Of a DNA stretch of 64,000 nt, positions 63,601 through 64,000 are shown piece by piece. A model generated the notes under the pieces. It was not told where the DNA came from, made no database searches, and was given only the letters and a program-made list of their open reading frames with translations. The number at the start of each line of letters is the position of its first letter. Position 1 is the first letter of the stretch. The stretch spans positions 11,408,001 through 11,472,000 of the forward strand of contig NC_043022.1 of the NCBI RefSeq assembly GCF_006345805.1, in the 5' to 3' direction. The translations under genes and the position numbers were made by a program. This DNA comes from Octopus sinensis (Eukaryota).

Positions 63601-63686
63601 GTGAAGACAACCCACAAGGATGTTTGTCCTGCTACTGTATGGGCATTACCAACAAGTGTTCCAGCTCTAACTTCTACCGAATGGAG
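673..63686 (+). CDS. HSPG2: Perlecan (basement membrane heparan sulfate proteoglycan core protein), internal part: 36 exons, about 1,520 aa, open at both ends
   Basis: All 36 exons have polypyrimidine-AG acceptors and GT donors with compatible phases; the spliced length of 4,559 nt reads without stops. Domain order LDLa x3 - Ig ([11 protein letters not shown]...[11 protein letters not shown]) - LamEGF/LamB repeats is diagnostic of perlecan domains II-III. Confidence 0.95.
1187..1598 (-). mobile_element. tRNA-derived SINE, family A (5' end slightly truncated)
   Basis: Close copies at 28952-29340(-), 29415-29790(-), 40264-40645(+), 2346-2503(+), 51490-51800(+). Box-B-like GGTTCAGTCCC and internal (TA/CA)n. 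Boundaries approximate. Confidence 0.8.
2007..2041 (+). ncRNA. minimal type-I hammerhead ribozyme motif (Penelope-like)
   Basis: GTTT / CCGACGA-A / GAGC-tcc-GCTC / GAA-ACGT-T / AAAC: 4-bp stem I, stem II, palindromic stem III ACGT, GUU site. Confidence 0.65.
2785..2932 (+). CDS. HSPG2: perlecan exon, Ig-a C-half
   Basis: gcag|TTG..T|gtaagt; [49 protein letters not shown]; 148 nt. Confidence 0.88.
3576..3712. repeat. compound trinucleotide microsatellite (CTA/CTG/CCA)n
   Basis: directly visible. Confidence 0.95.
4603..4727 (+). CDS. HSPG2: perlecan exon, Ig-b N-half
   Basis: [41 protein letters not shown]|gtatgt; 125 nt. Confidence 0.88.
4932..5260. mobile_element. asymmetric fold-back element (arms about 5028-5139 / 5148-5260), probably a Penelope-like terminus
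   Basis: about 110-bp imperfect inverted repeat with 8-nt loop plus a unique left extension; flanked by (TA)n. Confidence 0.7.
5527..5671 (+). CDS. HSPG2: perlecan exon, Ig-b C-half
   Basis: [48 protein letters not shown]|gtttgt; 145 nt. Confidence 0.88.
6300..6424 (+). CDS. HSPG2: perlecan exon, Ig-c N-half
   Basis: [41 protein letters not shown]|gtaagc; 125 nt. Confidence 0.88.
6688..6862 (-). mobile_element. RTE LINE 3'-end stub with (TGA)n tail
   Basis: Matches the 3' end of the LINE at 10493-10665. Similar stubs at 21476-21775, 34972-35060, 49372-49467, 63165-63340(+), 63903-63957(+). Confidence 0.85.
7361..9305 (+). mobile_element. non-autonomous Helitron family A, copy 1, with Pif1-like helicase fragment
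   Basis: 5' TCTCTTATTATAAAAG; subterminal GC hairpin and 3' CTAG; inserted between A and T. ORF 8837-9229 contains [27 protein letters not shown] (RepHel helicase). Near-identical to 24113-26502. Confidence 0.9.
7793..8470 (+). repeat. about 166-bp minisatellite inside Helitron A, 4 units
   Basis: GATCGCCCAAAAGTG recurs at about 7841, 8006, 8172, 8338. Confidence 0.9.
9555..9920 (-). mobile_element. 3' fragment of a CR1/L2-like LINE
   Basis: ORF end [24 protein letters not shown] resembles a CR1-group ORF2 C-terminus; abuts (TA)n. Confidence 0.55.
10081..10225 (+). CDS. HSPG2: perlecan exon, Ig-c C-half
   Basis: [48 protein letters not shown]|gtgag; 145 nt. Confidence 0.88.
10493..15085 (-). 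mobile_element. near full-length RTE-clade LINE (APE endonuclease + RT + PHD finger), frameshifted
   Basis: ORF 12054-14417: NVGTL, QE, GDFNGH, IDYIL, HRLV (APE); [21 protein letters not shown] (RT). Continues in ORF 11405-11926 after a frameshift in the T-run near 12065. (TGA)n tail; sits in a (TA)n tract. Confidence 0.93.
10668..11035. repeat. about 60-bp tandem repeat in the LINE 3' UTR (about 6 units)
   Basis: TTTTATGTGCCACCGACACAGGTGCCAGAC..CCACGCTCGGATGGTG repeated head to tail. Confidence 0.9.
17073..17197 (+). CDS. HSPG2: perlecan exon, Ig-d N-half
   Basis: [41 protein letters not shown]|gtgagt; 125 nt. Confidence 0.88.
17745..18037 (-). mobile_element. tRNA-derived SINE, family C
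   Basis: Head TGGCCTAGTGG (box A) / GGTTCGAATCT (box B); TSD TAAGAAGTGATT; second copy at 62245-62550(+). Confidence 0.85.
18541..18685 (+). CDS. HSPG2: perlecan exon, Ig-d C-half
   Basis: [48 protein letters not shown]|gtaagt; 145 nt. Confidence 0.88.
19155..19279 (+). CDS. HSPG2: perlecan exon, Ig-e N-half
   Basis: [41 protein letters not shown]|gtgagc; 125 nt. Confidence 0.88.
20008..20235 (+). mobile_element. tRNA-derived SINE, family B
   Basis: GCTGGCAGAA..GAGTTCAAATTC..GCCTTTCATCCTTTCGGGGTCGATAAA. Copies at 37363-37596(+), 48677-48900(-), 59396-59627(-), 4155-4370(-), 35598-35800(+), 41530-41735(-) and others. Confidence 0.82.
20619..20763 (+). CDS. HSPG2: perlecan exon, Ig-e C-half
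   Basis: [48 protein letters not shown]|gtaagt; 145 nt. Confidence 0.88.
21181..21321 (+). CDS. HSPG2: perlecan exon, LDL-receptor class A repeat 1
   Basis: [35 protein letters not shown]; phase 1-1. Confidence 0.93.
21988..22510 (-). mobile_element. diverged 5'-truncated RTE LINE 3' fragment
   Basis: [39 protein letters not shown] matches the LINE C-terminus; (TGA)n tail. Confidence 0.85.
22737..22856 (+). CDS. HSPG2: perlecan exon, LDLa repeat 2
   Basis: [38 protein letters not shown]; ccag|..|gtaag. Confidence 0.93.
23428..23559 (+). CDS. HSPG2: perlecan exon, LDLa repeat 3
   Basis: [36 protein letters not shown]; acag|..|gtaagt. Confidence 0.93.
24113..26502 (+). mobile_element. non-autonomous Helitron family A, copy 2 (6 minisatellite units; helicase fragment 25780-26400)
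   Basis: same termini and body as 7361-9305; A|T target, no TSD. Confidence 0.9.
26222..26342. mobile_element. 121-bp MITE with TGT..ACA ends, about 36-bp TIRs and 4-bp TSD (Ginger/integrase-type signature)
   Basis: Absent from Helitron A copy 1 (empty site GGTTCCCCCAAAA); CCCC duplicated. Confidence 0.8.
27335..27639. mobile_element. asymmetric fold-back element with 19-bp TSD and hammerhead-like motif
   Basis: TSD AACAAAAGTTATACATTTC at 27316-27334 and 27640-27658; arms about 27391-27508 / 27520-27639. Confidence 0.82.
27714..28001 (+). CDS. HSPG2: perlecan exon, domain II Ig (single exon)
   Basis: PPVIVSPP...[21 protein letters not shown]...[27 protein letters not shown]; 288 nt. Confidence 0.94.
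29961..30085 (+). CDS. HSPG2: perlecan exon, start of domain III (partial laminin EGF)
   Basis: [41 protein letters not shown]|gtaagt. Confidence 0.88.
30110..30467 (-). mobile_element. decayed 3' fragment of a BovB-like RTE LINE
   Basis: minus-strand reading [18 protein letters not shown]...[10 protein letters not shown]...RRRGRPK; short (AAG)-rich tail. Confidence 0.65.
30823..31002 (+). CDS. HSPG2: perlecan exon, laminin B (IV-A) repeat 1
   Basis: [10 protein letters not shown]...[14 protein letters not shown]|gtaagc. Confidence 0.9.
31290..33333 (-). mobile_element. 5'-truncated RTE LINE (intact RT-PHD-C-terminal frame, 31878-33310)
   Basis: YADD RT, PHD finger, stop at 31878, 3' UTR, (TGA)n tail; TSD TGTTCA. 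Confidence 0.93.
33369..33419 (+). ncRNA. minimal type-I hammerhead fold, G3-C8 core variant
   Basis: TTTGTCA / GTGAACA-A / GTCGC..GCAAC / GAA-AATATT-T / TGACAAA; 7-bp stem I, palindromic stem III. Confidence 0.6.
34070..34232. repeat. compound microsatellite (CTT)n(GTT)n(GCT)n(GTT)n
   Basis: directly visible. Confidence 0.95.
34460..34552 (+). CDS. HSPG2: perlecan exon, laminin B repeat 1
   Basis: [31 protein letters not shown]|gtaaat. Confidence 0.9.
35956..36039 (+). CDS. HSPG2: perlecan exon, laminin B repeat 1
   Basis: [28 protein letters not shown]|gtttgt. Confidence 0.87.
36854..36996 (+). CDS. HSPG2: perlecan exon, laminin B repeat 1
   Basis: [47 protein letters not shown]|gtaagt. 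Confidence 0.9.
37784..37892 (+). CDS. HSPG2: perlecan exon, LamB end / laminin EGF
   Basis: [36 protein letters not shown]|gtaatc. Confidence 0.92.
39260..39370 (+). CDS. HSPG2: perlecan exon, laminin EGF
   Basis: [37 protein letters not shown]|gtaagt. Confidence 0.92.
40819..40940 (+). CDS. HSPG2: perlecan exon, laminin EGF
   Basis: [40 protein letters not shown]|gtatgt. Confidence 0.92.
42649..42797 (+). CDS. HSPG2: perlecan exon, laminin EGF
   Basis: [49 protein letters not shown]|gtaagt. Confidence 0.92.
43589..43645 (-). ncRNA. minimal type-I hammerhead ribozyme (canonical CUGAUGA core)
   Basis: minus strand ATCATG / CTGATGA-A / GGA..GAATT-ttag-AATTC..TCCC / GAA-ACGCAT-A / CATGAT. 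Confidence 0.72.
44062..44129 (+). CDS. HSPG2: perlecan exon, laminin EGF
   Basis: ccag|..[22 protein letters not shown]|gtaagt; phase 1-0 fits both neighbours. Confidence 0.85.
44368..44690 (+). mobile_element. tRNA-derived SINE, family D
   Basis: TGGCTTAGTGG / GAGTTCGAATCCC head; second copy 61445-61764 with TSD TACATTTGACAG. Confidence 0.8.
45225..45585 (-). mobile_element. 3' fragment of an RLE-type (R4/Dong-like) non-LTR retrotransposon in (TAA)n
   Basis: CLLIDMTVP...[19 protein letters not shown]-terminal motif; flanked by (TAA)n. Confidence 0.6.
45889..46029 (+). CDS. HSPG2: perlecan exon, laminin EGF
   Basis: [47 protein letters not shown]|gtaagt. Confidence 0.92.
46540..46875 (-). 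mobile_element. 3' fragment of a second RTE-like LINE family (another copy at 58338-58568)
   Basis: [27 protein letters not shown]; (TGA)n tail; two similar copies. Confidence 0.7.
47191..47373 (+). CDS. HSPG2: perlecan exon, laminin B repeat 2
   Basis: [14 protein letters not shown]...[14 protein letters not shown]|gtatgt. Confidence 0.92.
48029..48121 (+). CDS. HSPG2: perlecan exon, laminin B repeat 2
   Basis: [31 protein letters not shown]|gtaagt. Confidence 0.92.
50055..50138 (+). CDS. HSPG2: perlecan exon, laminin B repeat 2
   Basis: [28 protein letters not shown]|gtaagc. Confidence 0.9.
50385..50570. promoter_or_regulatory. candidate intronic muscle enhancer (MEF2 + E-boxes + MCAT)
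   Basis: CTAAAAATAG 50417-50426 abutting CAGCTG 50427-50432; CATTCC at 50392 and 50527; CAGCTG at 50559; local GC-rich island. Confidence 0.4.
51993..52111 (+). CDS. HSPG2: perlecan exon, laminin B repeat 2
   Basis: [39 protein letters not shown]|gtaaaa. Confidence 0.92.
53278..53386 (+). CDS. HSPG2: perlecan exon, LamB end / laminin EGF
   Basis: [36 protein letters not shown]|gtaaac. Confidence 0.93.
53863..54214 (-). mobile_element. intact short Helitron family B
   Basis: minus strand TCTCTATATATATAAA...hairpin-CTAG; A|T target. Confidence 0.85.
54744..54857 (+). CDS. HSPG2: perlecan exon, laminin EGF
   Basis: [38 protein letters not shown]|gtaaga. Confidence 0.93.
55726..56996 (-). mobile_element. 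mariner DNA transposon, defective transposase
   Basis: Perfect 37-bp TIRs CGAGGGGCGTTCAATAAGTAATGCCCCTGACCCACTT; TA TSD. Transposase in three broken frames ([26 protein letters not shown]). Confidence 0.95.
57221..57483. mobile_element. asymmetric fold-back element with perfect 97-bp arms, each holding a hammerhead fold
   Basis: 57286-57382 is the exact reverse complement of 57387-57483 (loop AGCC); embedded in (TA)n. Confidence 0.88.
57387..57449 (+). ncRNA. minimal type-I hammerhead fold (U4C variant); mirrored on the minus strand at 57320-57382
   Basis: AGATAA / CCGAAGA / GATG..GTGGA-tt-TCCAC..CATC-T / GAA-ACTCaGAGT-T / TTATCT. Confidence 0.65.
57873..58000 (+). CDS. HSPG2: perlecan exon, laminin EGF
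   Basis: [42 protein letters not shown]|gtaagt. Confidence 0.93.
59797..59883 (+). CDS. HSPG2: perlecan exon, laminin EGF
   Basis: [28 protein letters not shown]|gtgagt. Confidence 0.93.
60003..60061 (+). CDS. HSPG2: perlecan exon, laminin EGF
   Basis: ttcag|..[19 protein letters not shown]|gtaagt. Confidence 0.92.
61919..62001 (+). CDS. HSPG2: perlecan exon, laminin EGF
   Basis: [27 protein letters not shown]|gtatgt. Confidence 0.92.
62245..62550 (+). mobile_element. tRNA-derived SINE, family C
   Basis: homologous to 17745-18037; TSD AACAAACCTTTT. Confidence 0.85.
63546..63686 (+). CDS. HSPG2: perlecan exon, laminin EGF preceding a third LamB repeat
   Basis: [47 protein letters not shown]|gtgagc. 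Confidence 0.92.
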
Positions 63687-64000
63687 GTGAGCAAACACCG
63701 AACTTTGTTATTTTGACTTGAACTGTGACGAATTTGACTGTTGTTTATTCACCACACTCACTGCATCATTACAGGCATTTATACACACATTCTTACATTC
63801 ATCATCTATATTATTGCAATAGTTAGCATTATACATGTGAAAACCATTCAACAAGGATATGAGAAACATAACTGAAGAGAGATTTCTGATTTAAAGAAAG
63901 TGTCCGTCCAACCCATGCTAGCACGGAAAACGGACATTAAACGATGATGATGATGATAAGACTGTACAAGGGACAACAAAGAGAATGTGACCCTTTTCTT

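Noticed and set aside
29961-63686. laminin alpha/gamma chain as the gene identity
   Set aside because: In-frame linkage to LDLa repeats and the WRLNWG Ig domain identifies perlecan.

Overview
AT-rich, microsatellite-dense animal genomic DNA. The SINE/LINE repertoire suggests a cephalopod, probably Octopus (inference). The whole window lies inside one + strand gene, perlecan (HSPG2/trol/unc-52 orthologue). I traced 36 GT-AG exons by hand (673-63686). They splice into one stop-free frame of about 1,520 codons: 5 extra N-terminal Ig domains, 3 LDLa, 1 Ig, two complete laminin-B/laminin-EGF repeats and the start of a third. The gene runs off both ends of the window. The introns hold RTE LINEs whose ORF has a PHD finger, two Helitron families, a mariner relic, piggyBac-like and Ginger-like MITEs, and several tRNA-derived SINE families. 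The most striking unannotated signal is a set of short, sequence-unrelated, mostly fold-back insertions. Each carries a minimal type-I hammerhead ribozyme fold of the Penelope-like kind, and the core 3-8 base pair covaries (C-G, U-A, G-C). Also notable are the uniform 125+145-nt half-Ig exon array, a four-level transposon nest and a candidate MEF2/E-box/MCAT muscle enhancer. All coordinates and folds were read by eye; no searches were run.
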